Part shown: positions 19,081-27,781 of the stretch, in pieces
How positions within the stretch are numbered: position 1 is the stretch's first letter
Layout of the letters: the number at the start of each line of letters is the position of its first letter
NCBI GenBank assembly: GCA_033763335.1
Contig: JANRKU010000016.1
Location: 6,534 to 70,533 of the forward strand
From: a bacterium
Lineage (GTDB): Bacteria > Chloroflexota > Anaerolineae > Aggregatilineales > Phototrophicaceae
Length of the DNA: 64,000 nucleotides
Reading direction: 5' to 3'
Translations under genes and position numbers: made by a program
The notes under the pieces: model-generated
Databases searched by the model: none
The model's input: the letters and a program-made list of their open reading frames with translations, nothing else
Told to the model about the DNA's origin: nothing

Positions 19081-19118
19081 AATAATAAAAAAATGGGCGC
19101 AATTTGTATTTGCGCCCA
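19081..19118 (-). terminator. intrinsic terminator for the MinD/ParA-like gene (family-2-like palindrome plus U tract)
   Basis: On the minus strand, TGGGCGCAA-ATACAAA-TTGCGCCCA (19118-19094) is followed by TTTTTTTATTATT. It begins 12 nt after the stop at 19130. Confidence 0.65.
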
Positions 19119-19129
19119 CCCCATTCATG

Positions 19130-19897
19130 CTATAAACTCAATTGACGCAACAAATTCGCCGCCAATTCCCGATATTCTTTGGTCATGGCATGTTCGGGAT
19201 AGCGCATCACAAAAATGCCCGCACTCCCCAACATCATCATTTCGTTGGAATGTGGCAATAATGCCGCCACTTCACACGAAAAGGCTTCTTCCATTTGTGT
19301 TTTCACGGCTTCCATGTCCATCAACGGGGGAATTTTGTTCACCACTAATTTAATGCGGGGAACATCCAACATTTGGGCAATTTTGAGTGTGACACCTGTG
19401 CCTTCATAATCTTGTTGGTCAGGGCGCATCACCAATGCCAGCGCATCCGAAATACTCAATGCCAGCAGTGTTTCTTCGTTCAAACCGGGATGTGTGTCTA
19501 CAATCAACACATCCAGTTTATATGCCTCAATAAAGGTCTTAAACCCCTCTGTGAGCCTATCTACATCATATCCATCACGCAACACCAGCGCGAGTTCTGT
19601 CGGATGAATACTCGATGGCACAAGATAGACCTTGCCTTTTACGGGTAAACCAAGATAAGGGGTGACATCCACCACAGCATCTTCAATTTTGGCATCGTGC
19701 AACAAATAGTCATTTAACGACTTAGAAATAGTCTCACCTTTTAAGCCAAATAAAATGTGAATCCCGGGCGATTGAATATCGGTATCTACCAACCCCACAC
19801 GCCGACCAGAAGCCGCCATGACCGCCGCCAAATTTGCAGATGTATTGGATTTACCTGTCCCGCCACGATAACTATGTACCGAAATAATTGTAGCCAA
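19130..19897 (-). CDS. MinD/ParA-family P-loop ATPase
   Basis: Deviant Walker A SYRGGTGKSN, VGLVDTDIQSPG, and Walker B VLIVDTHPG. Confidence 0.75.
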   Translation of the reverse strand: MATIISVHSYRGGTGKSNTSANLAAVMAASGRRVGLVDTDIQSPGIHILFGLKGETISKSLNDYLLHDAKIEDAVVDVTPYLGLPVKGKVYLVPSSIHPTELALVLRDGYDVDRLTEGFKTFIEAYKLDVLIVDTHPGLNEETLLALSISDALALVMRPDQQDYEGTGVTLKIAQMLDVPRIKLVVNKIPPLMDMEAVKTQMEEAFSCEVAALLPHSNEMMMLGSAGIFVMRYPEHAMTKEYRELAANLLRQLSL

Positions 19898-20082
19898 AGT
19901 TTTCCTCCCTCATGAGCAATCTACATGCCCTAACTATAACATTATCTTGCATTTCATCAAAACAATTCAAAGGTCTGCATGGAACTATCTTGGCAATAGC
20001 CCATTTTTGCCCAATGCGTTACAATGGGGCATATTGTACTCGTATTCACAATTGATTGTGTATCAGAAAGGCTGTTCTTGTC

Positions 20083-20745
20083 ATGCGGAACAAACTTTTA
20101 GTCTTATTTGGGCTTATGCTCACCCTCTCCATCACGGCTTGCGGGACAATTGCCACGCCTGTCCCCAATATGGAGACCCTAGAAGCACAAAATCATCAAG
20201 AAATTGTCGCAGAACCGACTGGCGAAGTGGAAGTGGTCGCGGTTATCCCTACCAATACACCAGTCCCCCCAACAGCGACATCTATCCCCCCTACCGAAAT
20301 CCCGACTGAAGCCCCAACCGAAGTTGTTGTAGAAGCCACCGAAGTAGTCACAGAAGCCCCTGCGGTAGAACTGTCTACAGAAGACCAACAAGTCCTCATT
20401 TTCATTCAAGAATTTGGCAACCCTGTCAAAGGCGAAGAAATTTTTAACACCACTTATGAAGTCAATACCATGTCTGGGTTAGCAGAATGGAAATGCGCGA
20501 CTTGCCATTTGGTAGATAGCGATGTGGCAGGTGTTGGACCGGGGTTATATAGCCTGAGTGACCGCGCTGGCGGACGTATTCCGGGGTATCCCGCAGAAGT
20601 CTATGTATATCACTCCATCATGACCCCTGCACAATATATTGTCAGTGGGTATCCAGAAGGGTTGATGCCAATCGGCTATAGCGAGGTGTTATCGCAACAA
20701 GATATTTATGATGTGGCGGCATATATTTTGTCGCTGAATAAATAA
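20083..20745 (+). CDS. c-type cytochrome lipoprotein
   Basis: From the ATG at 20083: MRNKLLVLFGLMLTLSITAC (lipobox), a Pro/Thr/Glu-rich linker, the CATCH heme-binding site, and a Met-ligand region GLMPIGY. Confidence 0.7.
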   Translation: MRNKLLVLFGLMLTLSITACGTIATPVPNMETLEAQNHQEIVAEPTGEVEVVAVIPTNTPVPPTATSIPPTEIPTEAPTEVVVEATEVVTEAPAVELSTEDQQVLIFIQEFGNPVKGEEIFNTTYEVNTMSGLAEWKCATCHLVDSDVAGVGPGLYSLSDRAGGRIPGYPAEVYVYHSIMTPAQYIVSGYPEGLMPIGYSEVLSQQDIYDVAAYILSLNK

Positions 20746-20749
20746 CCCA

Positions 20750-21358
20750 CTACATCCATATTTTAGTAAGTTCCAGCTTAAAATTGGGCAGGAGTGTTTC
20801 TTCTGTGAGGATACCTTCTGCCCCAAATACCACAGGACTATCCCCATCAGGGGTATATACCCATGCTTTACGCAATAGAGGGTCTATGAGCCATACCACT
20901 TTTACACCGTTGGCTAAATCCAAATAGGCTTTTTCATTCACTTTGCTAAACATATCTGTATGTGATATGACTTCAATCACCATATCAGGCACTATTGGCA
21001 TGGGGCGTTTTATCCAATCAGGTGTATTTTGAAAATATTCAGCAACACGAGTGCCCTCAAAAAGCATAATATCAGGAATTCGTGAACCACGTACCCAATT
21101 GGCATCATTTCGGTCAGGTGTAATATATGTTGTCTCTTGATAAACACGCCCCCAATTGTGTTCTGAAACATAAAAATAAAACAAAAAAAACACCCGTTGC
21201 AATATCTCGCTATGCAACATCCAATTTGGCATTTGATATACCCTCTCCCCATTGATAATTTCAAATGGCTTTTCATTCGCCTCACGCAGGTAATCTTCTA
21301 ACAACATCCCCTGTTGTATATCAGTTTGTGAATTGTCTGTTATCATGATTTGTCCCAT
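20750..21358 (-). CDS. Uma2 family (DUF820) endonuclease
   Basis: Motifs FEIINGE, GSRIPDIMLF, VPDMVIEVISHTD and NGVKVVWLIDP. Its start codon abuts the stop of the upstream paralog. Confidence 0.85.
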   Translation of the reverse strand: MGQIMITDNSQTDIQQGMLLEDYLREANEKPFEIINGERVYQMPNWMLHSEILQRVFFLFYFYVSEHNWGRVYQETTYITPDRNDANWVRGSRIPDIMLFEGTRVAEYFQNTPDWIKRPMPIVPDMVIEVISHTDMFSKVNEKAYLDLANGVKVVWLIDPLLRKAWVYTPDGDSPVVFGAEGILTEETLLPNFKLELTKIWM

Positions 21359-21964
21359 TTACATCCATATTTTGGCAAGTTCCAGCTTAAAATTGGGCAG
21401 GAGTGTTTCTTCTGTGAGGATACCTTCTGCCCCAAATACCACAGGACTATCCCCATCAGGGGTATATACCCATGCTTTACGGCGGGTTGGGTCTATAAAC
21501 CATACCACTTTTACCCCATTGGCTAAATCATAGCTCACTTTTTCATCCATCAGGCTGAATGTGTCGTTTGGTGATAAAATTTCGATTGCCAAATCGGGGA
21601 CAATCAACATAGGGGTAGATTGCCAATCGGGATGGTCACGAAAATATTGGTCTAAACGATTACGGGTATAGAATATAATATCTGGCGCACGAGACCCCGT
21701 CACCCAATTGCTATCATAGCGTTCTGGAAGAATATATGCCATCTCTGGAAAAGATTCCCCTAAACCATGTTGAATCACATAAGATTCAAGTGTAAACAAT
21801 ATAGCTTTGAGTATTCTTGTATGTAAGGTCATTGGTGGCATTTTATATAGTCTCTCCCCATTGATTATTTCAAAAGGCTTTTCGTTTGCCTCGCGCATAT
21901 AGTCCTCTAAAGACATCCCCACGCGCACATCGGGTTTGGGTTTTTCAGAAATCATGGTGAACAC
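21359..21964 (-). CDS. Uma2 family (DUF820) endonuclease, tandem paralog
   Basis: Motifs FEIINGE, GSRAPDIIFY, VPDLAIEILSPND and NGVKVVWFIDP. The last 40 aa match the downstream copy at 39 of 40 positions. Confidence 0.85.
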   Translation of the reverse strand: MFTMISEKPKPDVRVGMSLEDYMREANEKPFEIINGERLYKMPPMTLHTRILKAILFTLESYVIQHGLGESFPEMAYILPERYDSNWVTGSRAPDIIFYTRNRLDQYFRDHPDWQSTPMLIVPDLAIEILSPNDTFSLMDEKVSYDLANGVKVVWFIDPTRRKAWVYTPDGDSPVVFGAEGILTEETLLPNFKLELAKIWM

Positions 21965-22000
21965 CTCACTCTATGGATATTTTTTATCATAGCATATTTT

Positions 22001-24256
22001 TTAGCGTGGTTTACGAAGCACATCCTCTGGCAATTTCACATTCAACGCCACCGTATCACCATCACTGATTGGCGTTTCGATGATGCTCATCCCCTCCACA
22101 ACGGTCAATGGCAAAGTCATATAGATGGCTGTGCCAACCCCTACCGTGCTTTTGACCTTTATCGCCCCGCCATGTGCTTCGATGATATGTTGCGCGGTTG
22201 CCAACCCCTGCCCCATTCCAGGGACGCGGATAATTTCGCCAGAAGCAGTCATCGGCGTTCCCCGATAAAAACGGGTGAAGATATGAGGCATGTCCTCTTT
22301 GCGGATTCCCACCCCATTATCGCGCACGCGCAAATGCGCCACACCATCTTCTCCATCGGCTTGAATTTCTAGGGTCAAATCGCCCCCAGAAGGGGTGTAT
22401 TTGATGGCATTATCCACAATGTTACCCAATGCCCACCGTAACCGTTTTTCATCGCCTAGCACGTATTGACCTTGTTTTTGCAAAATGACATGCAAGGTGA
22501 GTCCATTGGCAATTGCCACTTGTCGCCATTCATTCGCCACCGCCCATAATAATGTCTCTAAGCGGATAGGACGCTGGTTACGTTGAATTTGGGCGATATT
22601 GCTATCGGACATTTCGCGCAATTCCAAAATCATCCGTTGGAGTGCCACTGATTGCCGTGTGACCTCACGCGCAAATGAGCGCATCATATCCGAATCTTGC
22701 CCACCTGCCATCCGTCCCAAATTAGCGAGGGGTTGCTGAATTTCTTGTGATAACCGTTTGAGTGCCTCTGCCCGTTCTTGTTCTGCGCGGACTTCTTCGC
22801 TCATATCACGCAATAAAATTACCGTGCCGAGCCGTTGACTATCCGCAGAAAGAATTGCCCCTGCTTGTGCGCTGAGGATACGCTCATCAATATGGACACG
22901 TTGTGGGTCTCCGAGTGCGTATAATCCGGGTGCCAAGTTTGCACCCAACACCTGCGGGACAAATTGTGCCACATCGCCTATGCCAGATGACCGAAAAGCG
23001 CGTTGTGACCCCAATAAATCACGGGCAAGGTCATTCATCATCAATACCCGCCCATCGAGGTCTTGCACAATAACCCCTTGTGGCAAATTGCTGATGACCG
23101 CCGTCAAATGGGTTAATTCCCGTCGTTTTTGGCGTAAAGCCGTTTGCAACGCATCTTGTTGCACCTGCACTGCATCGGCATATTGGTCTAACGATTGCCC
23201 TAATCTGCCAATTTCATCACGGGCTTTCATCCGTGTGCGGATTTTTTCGCCACGCGCCAACGCATCCACCGTATCCGACACACCTTCCACGCGCCCCACA
23301 AACCGACTAATGCCGATATACCCCACCACAATCACCACCCCCGTCATGAGGGAAATGAGCATGGCAGAAATTTGTTTGCCCGTCTCGGTGATAAAAGGTG
23401 CATCATCCGCCAAAAACACACCCACCGCCCCAACGACATCCACGCCCATCCGCAACGGCACATAGGCGGCGTTATAAGGCGCATTATTCAGAAAAATATC
23501 GCGTAAGGGGATAGAATCGGTTGCGTTCACTGCTTGTTGATATTGCACCCCATCCAGAGCAAATTCGCTCACGGCAATATCACCAGTGAACGTGGTCAAT
23601 AACAAATCACCTGTACCCCCATAAAGGGCTAATTGAGCGATGGCACTCCCTTTGAGCGATTCCAGCGCCGTAATGCCATCTAACCCCACCAAAACCGCGC
23701 CGATAGGCGCATCTTCTAGGCGGATAGGAACGGCAGTAAATAGGTGTAAGCCTTGTTGGGTGGTGATAAACCCACTGGCACTATCGGCAGATTGGGTTAA
23801 TGCTTGTGCGATGAGGGGCGATTGGCTCATATCGGCACTCGTGCTGATGGTGAAGCGTGTTTCTGCACCTATCGTCACCCGTTGAACACCAATGACCTCA
23901 ATCCCCGCCGTATCCACCACAATCATGCTATCCAGATTATGGGTTTGGAGCATGGCTTCGAGCATGGGCTGAAGTGTGGAAACATCCAATGCTTCTACCG
24001 CTTGGGGCAATCCATCCAAGAATGCCGTTTGCAGGGCGATTAGGCGTTGTGATTGATATAATTCGTCACTACGGTCTAATACCGCACGGCTACTTTGGAG
24101 CAATAAATTATCTTGCGAAATTTGAATCCCACCGACCAAATTACGCGAGAGGAAAAATGCACCGAGCATCGCCACAATCAGCAATATCACAAAAAATGGC
24201 GAGAGGAATTGCCATCGCACAGAGAAAAATTTAGGATTAGCGGGTTGGTCACTCAT
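22001..24256 (-). CDS. membrane sensor histidine-kinase-like protein (sensor loop-HAMP-PAS-DHp-CA) with Gln at the phospho-His position
   Basis: Two TM helices bracket a ~260-aa loop. HAMP region (DEIGRLGQSLDQYADAV) and PAS region (LPQGVIVQDLDGRVLMMNDLARDLLG). The H-box reads LSQEIQQPL rather than SHE..P.. The N, G1, F and G2 boxes are intact (NIVDNAIKYT, DNGVGI, FTRFYRG, GMGQGLA). Confidence 0.85.
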   Translation of the reverse strand: MSDQPANPKFFSVRWQFLSPFFVILLIVAMLGAFFLSRNLVGGIQISQDNLLLQSSRAVLDRSDELYQSQRLIALQTAFLDGLPQAVEALDVSTLQPMLEAMLQTHNLDSMIVVDTAGIEVIGVQRVTIGAETRFTISTSADMSQSPLIAQALTQSADSASGFITTQQGLHLFTAVPIRLEDAPIGAVLVGLDGITALESLKGSAIAQLALYGGTGDLLLTTFTGDIAVSEFALDGVQYQQAVNATDSIPLRDIFLNNAPYNAAYVPLRMGVDVVGAVGVFLADDAPFITETGKQISAMLISLMTGVVIVVGYIGISRFVGRVEGVSDTVDALARGEKIRTRMKARDEIGRLGQSLDQYADAVQVQQDALQTALRQKRRELTHLTAVISNLPQGVIVQDLDGRVLMMNDLARDLLGSQRAFRSSGIGDVAQFVPQVLGANLAPGLYALGDPQRVHIDERILSAQAGAILSADSQRLGTVILLRDMSEEVRAEQERAEALKRLSQEIQQPLANLGRMAGGQDSDMMRSFAREVTRQSVALQRMILELREMSDSNIAQIQRNQRPIRLETLLWAVANEWRQVAIANGLTLHVILQKQGQYVLGDEKRLRWALGNIVDNAIKYTPSGGDLTLEIQADGEDGVAHLRVRDNGVGIRKEDMPHIFTRFYRGTPMTASGEIIRVPGMGQGLATAQHIIEAHGGAIKVKSTVGVGTAIYMTLPLTVVEGMSIIETPISDGDTVALNVKLPEDVLRKPR

Positions 24257-24274
24257 GAATACATACTCTCCTAC

Positions 24275-24850
24275 TTATGCCCAAACCTTACTCAATTCAA
24301 GTGAAAAATTGGGCAGAATATCGGGTGCAGATAACACACCCTCTTCGCCAAAGCGTTGTGGGCGGGTTGTGTCGGACGTATAAACCCACGCACTCCGACT
24401 TTCTGGGTTTATAATCCAGATGACCTTCGCGCCATTATCTAAATCAAACAATATCCGAAGTTGAATGTCGTCATATCTATCGGTTGGGGAGATAATTTCG
24501 ATAATCAAATCGGGGACAAGTGGCAAAACACGGGGCATATCCGTCATGTATTGTTCAACACGCGATTTGACATAAAAACTGATGTTAGGCGTGCGTGACC
24601 CTTTGACCCAATTGCGACGCGCTTCGAGGATGAATGCGGTTTCAGAGAAAACTTCGCCGAGTTGATTATCAACCATCGCAAAATCTTCTAATAAACGTCG
24701 AATCGTGCGTAAAATGACCTGATGTTTTAACCCCGGTGGCATTTTATCTAGTTTCTCCCCGTCAATTAATTCAAAGGGTTGTTCATGGCTGAGGCGTAAA
24801 AAATCATCCAATGACATGCCTTCGCGTAAATTGGGTTTATCGGTTATCAT
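24275..24850 (-). CDS. Uma2 family (DUF820) protein (PD motif reads PN)
   Basis: Motifs FELIDGE and VPDLIIEIISPTD, but GSRTPNISFY where the paralogs have PD. By eye it is about 60% identical to the 13993 copy. Confidence 0.8.
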   Translation of the reverse strand: MITDKPNLREGMSLDDFLRLSHEQPFELIDGEKLDKMPPGLKHQVILRTIRRLLEDFAMVDNQLGEVFSETAFILEARRNWVKGSRTPNISFYVKSRVEQYMTDMPRVLPLVPDLIIEIISPTDRYDDIQLRILFDLDNGAKVIWIINPESRSAWVYTSDTTRPQRFGEEGVLSAPDILPNFSLELSKVWA

Positions 24851-24931
24851 AAAAACCGTCCTTAATCTATCCGATAAGATATATCTATCTTATCGCTCTA
24901 CAATGATTGTATAAAACATTGCCAAATAAAT

Positions 24932-25759
24932 CTAACAACTCCCATAACCGCGACTTTCAAATGTCAACGGGTCTACTGGCACATCATTAATGCGTACTTC
25001 GTAATGCACATGCGGTCCGCTACTATTGCCTGTGCTACCACTCCATGCAATCACACTCCCCTTGCCCACATATTGCCCGACATTCACATTGAATGAGGTG
25101 TTATGGGCATAATAAGTGATGAACGCCCCACTTTGCACAATCACCAAATAGCCATACCCCACATTGCTCCAATCGGCATAGGTGATTTGTCCGCTATGCG
25201 TGGCATATACCGCCGACCCCAATGGGATGCCAATATCAATCCCGCTATGATAGGGATGAAATCGTTGGGTGAGCAATCCATCCACAGGGTTGCCAGCAGG
25301 CGCACAGTCTGACCCGTTAGGGGTATAGGGCAGTGTGCGCGGTGTGCCATCATCATTGAATGTGGAGGCAGTCGGCAACGCCACCGATGGGTTATACGGC
25401 AATGGCAATGGTGGCGATGTTGGATATGGCAACGGGGTTGGCAACACCCCCGTTTGGGGAAAATTATTCGCCACACGGGGTAAATATTGCCCTAATGGTT
25501 GCAAGCGATTATTTGACGCGGGATTTATCGGTGGCGCGAGTAAATAGGCTTCTATGGCAGGATTCACCGCATAATAAGCGGGTATGGTGAGTGGAAATTC
25601 ATAAACAGTCGGTGTGCGATCGAGCGCGATGGTGCGGTCATCACCAGTATTCGCCGTTTGGCTGATAGCATACATCACCAACGCGGTCATCAGGATAAAA
25701 CCGAGTGTGAGGGGCAAAATGAGTTTGTGTTTATTGATAAATCGTCTGATGGTTTGCAT
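24932..25759 (-). CDS. M23 family metallopeptidase, membrane anchored
   Basis: N-terminal TM helix LILPLTLGFILMTALVMYAI. Motifs HSGIDIG and GSTGNSSGPHVHYEV. Confidence 0.85.
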   Translation of the reverse strand: MQTIRRFINKHKLILPLTLGFILMTALVMYAISQTANTGDDRTIALDRTPTVYEFPLTIPAYYAVNPAIEAYLLAPPINPASNNRLQPLGQYLPRVANNFPQTGVLPTPLPYPTSPPLPLPYNPSVALPTASTFNDDGTPRTLPYTPNGSDCAPAGNPVDGLLTQRFHPYHSGIDIGIPLGSAVYATHSGQITYADWSNVGYGYLVIVQSGAFITYYAHNTSFNVNVGQYVGKGSVIAWSGSTGNSSGPHVHYEVRINDVPVDPLTFESRGYGSC

Positions 25760-25818
25760 AACCCCATTTTACACCTAAATGAAAAATATGTAACAAAGGG
25801 GTTTGTTTTTGTGGATGC

Positions 25819-26451
25819 TTATCTCGGTTGGTGGCGCAAAACAAAATTATCCACATACGCCATCAATGCCTCGACCATCTCTGTAATGACCACATCAAAC
25901 GGAACATCATCGGGTGGTTGTGCCATCATCATCATGCCCTTAACAATGCCCATCCCTGCCGCCGCACATAAATGAATCTTATCCGCCGATAAAGCAGGAT
26001 GATAAACTGTGAGCAACCCCTCTACCCACCCTTCTAATGTGAGGTGCAGTTGAATGGCGACTTGTGATAAGTGACCTGTATTGGCAGGCGATAAAATATA
26101 GGCAAATGCCACCTGTTGACGTGCAAATTCAAACACATTTTCGAGCATTGTGCGAACAACGAGTGCTATAGGGGTATTTTTTTGTATATCGCGGGGCAAA
26201 ACGGTTTGCAGTTCTGTGATGTAATAAGCTGTGAGCGCATCCACCAACGCCTCTTTACCAGAAAAAAATTGATAAAACGACCCCACCGAAATCCCTGCCT
26301 CATCTGCAATATGATTTGTCCCCACATTGTCATACCCTACCCGCGCAAACATATTGGCGGCGGTATGCAAAATATGGTGATAGCGCATAAGGCTACGGTG
26401 TTGCTTTGGCGTATGAATATAATATTTTTTTTCTGATGAATTATCGGACAT
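25819..26451 (-). CDS. TetR/AcrR family transcriptional regulator
   Basis: N-terminal HTH ILHTAANMFARVGYDNVGTNHIADEAGISVGSFYQFFSGKEAL. It is divergent from the MBL hydrolase gene. Confidence 0.85.
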   Translation of the reverse strand: MSDNSSEKKYYIHTPKQHRSLMRYHHILHTAANMFARVGYDNVGTNHIADEAGISVGSFYQFFSGKEALVDALTAYYITELQTVLPRDIQKNTPIALVVRTMLENVFEFARQQVAFAYILSPANTGHLSQVAIQLHLTLEGWVEGLLTVYHPALSADKIHLCAAAGMGIVKGMMMMAQPPDDVPFDVVITEMVEALMAYVDNFVLRHQPR

Positions 26452-26496
26452 CTCTCACCATTCTGCTGAATAAGGATTTGATTAATTTTTTCAAAA

Positions 26497-26543
26497 ATGT
26501 GATGAAAGTATCGCATTTTTGAAATATGATGAATGTATCACAT
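26497..26543. promoter_or_regulatory. two tandem imperfect palindromes, candidate TetR operators
   Basis: O1 is ATGTGATGAAAGTATCGCAT (26497-26516) and O2 is ATATGATGAATGTATCACAT (26524-26543). Each has the form ATRTGAT-N6-ATCRCAT, with a 27-bp period, and both lie in the divergent TetR/MBL intergenic region. Confidence 0.45.
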
Positions 26544-26604
26544 TTTTATATAGTGAGCATATCACAGAACATCCCTGTGATTCAATCATGAATGAGAGGT
26601 TATC

Positions 26605-27510
26605 ATGCAAGCAACCAACATATCAAAAGACTTAATCAGAGCTGGTGTCGCCGTTGCGCCCACTAGCATCACAACGGCAAATGGTATTCGCGTTCACCAC
26701 ATTCAAACAGGCTTTGTCGCCGTAAAAAAAGTTCACCGCCGTTATCATGGCATCAATGGAACGGGTATTTTAGCCATTGTAGCCGACCCACGCTGGACAG
26801 AATGGATGCCCATTAGTGTTTGGGCAATAGAACACCCCGAAGGCGTTATCCTTGTAGATACAGGAGATGTCCCCCAAGCCAATGACCGCAATTATTATGC
26901 GTGCGATAAAGGCTCGGCATTTTTTTATACCTCATTTTTACGCTTTTCAGTGACCCCAGAAGAGCAAATTCATGCTCAATTAAGCAATTTAGGCATTCAC
27001 CCATCCGATGTGCGGTGGGTCATTCAAACCCACCTGCATGGCGACCACATTCACGGCATTAATCACTTTTCGCAATCAGAAATCATCGTTTCATCCATAG
27101 ATTACCCCAAGTCCCTCGGCGCTGTTCCATGTTTATATCCAAGCTGGTTAAATCCCACCTTCACCCGCTTTCAGCCACATGATATAGCGGGATTTAAGCA
27201 AGCACATATCGTCACTAAAGCACAAGATGTAATGATTGTGCCAACACCCGGTCATAGCAATGGGCATCAATCTATATTATTACGCGATAATGACCAGTCA
27301 TATATTTTTGCGGGTGATGCCAGTTTTGACGAAGCACAACTGCTATCGGGTGAAATTGCGGGCATTGCCAGTAATCCCAAAGCCTCACGACAAACCTTAG
27401 CCAATATCCGTACCTATTGTGCATGGCATCCAACCGTATATTTACCCACCCATGACCATGAAACCACCAAACGCCTACGTGAAAATCAGGTGGTGACTAT
27501 CGTAAAATAA
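26605..27510 (+). CDS. MBL-fold metallo-hydrolase (lactonase-like)
   Basis: Motifs HLHGDHIHG (HxHxDH), TPGHSNGH and THDH. Confidence 0.8.
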   Translation: MQATNISKDLIRAGVAVAPTSITTANGIRVHHIQTGFVAVKKVHRRYHGINGTGILAIVADPRWTEWMPISVWAIEHPEGVILVDTGDVPQANDRNYYACDKGSAFFYTSFLRFSVTPEEQIHAQLSNLGIHPSDVRWVIQTHLHGDHIHGINHFSQSEIIVSSIDYPKSLGAVPCLYPSWLNPTFTRFQPHDIAGFKQAHIVTKAQDVMIVPTPGHSNGHQSILLRDNDQSYIFAGDASFDEAQLLSGEIAGIASNPKASRQTLANIRTYCAWHPTVYLPTHDHETTKRLRENQVVTIVK

Positions 27511-27781
27511 TCACCCATCAACACCTGTTTGGGCGCTCGTTGTGTGTTAACAAATGCCACCGCATCATAATTAAGAGTAATGGTAGCAACTTTCGGGGTA
27601 TGAAATTCGTATAGGAATATGAGAGATAAATATTTGCCAATAATCACCTCACCCCAAAAATTGGGGGATTCACCCTTTTTTCATACAATCTTCACAATTT
27701 GGGTGCATAATCAAGTATGTATTTGAATTATTTTGAATGGTATGATATTTTTATACCGTCCACTATATAAAGGAGAATTTC

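Noticed and set aside
21333-21533. A plus-strand 66-aa ORF spanning the junction of the two tandem Uma2 genes.
   Set aside because: It is antisense to both Uma2 genes and exists only because of the duplicated 3' segment. I see no coding signal.
27641-27680. CACCTCACCCCAAAAATTGGGGGATTCACCC upstream of the ABC operon, considered as a fifth copy of the nested-hairpin element.
   Set aside because: Only the first ~11 nt match the element terminus. The rest is a single short hairpin. It is too short and degenerate to call and may be a relic.
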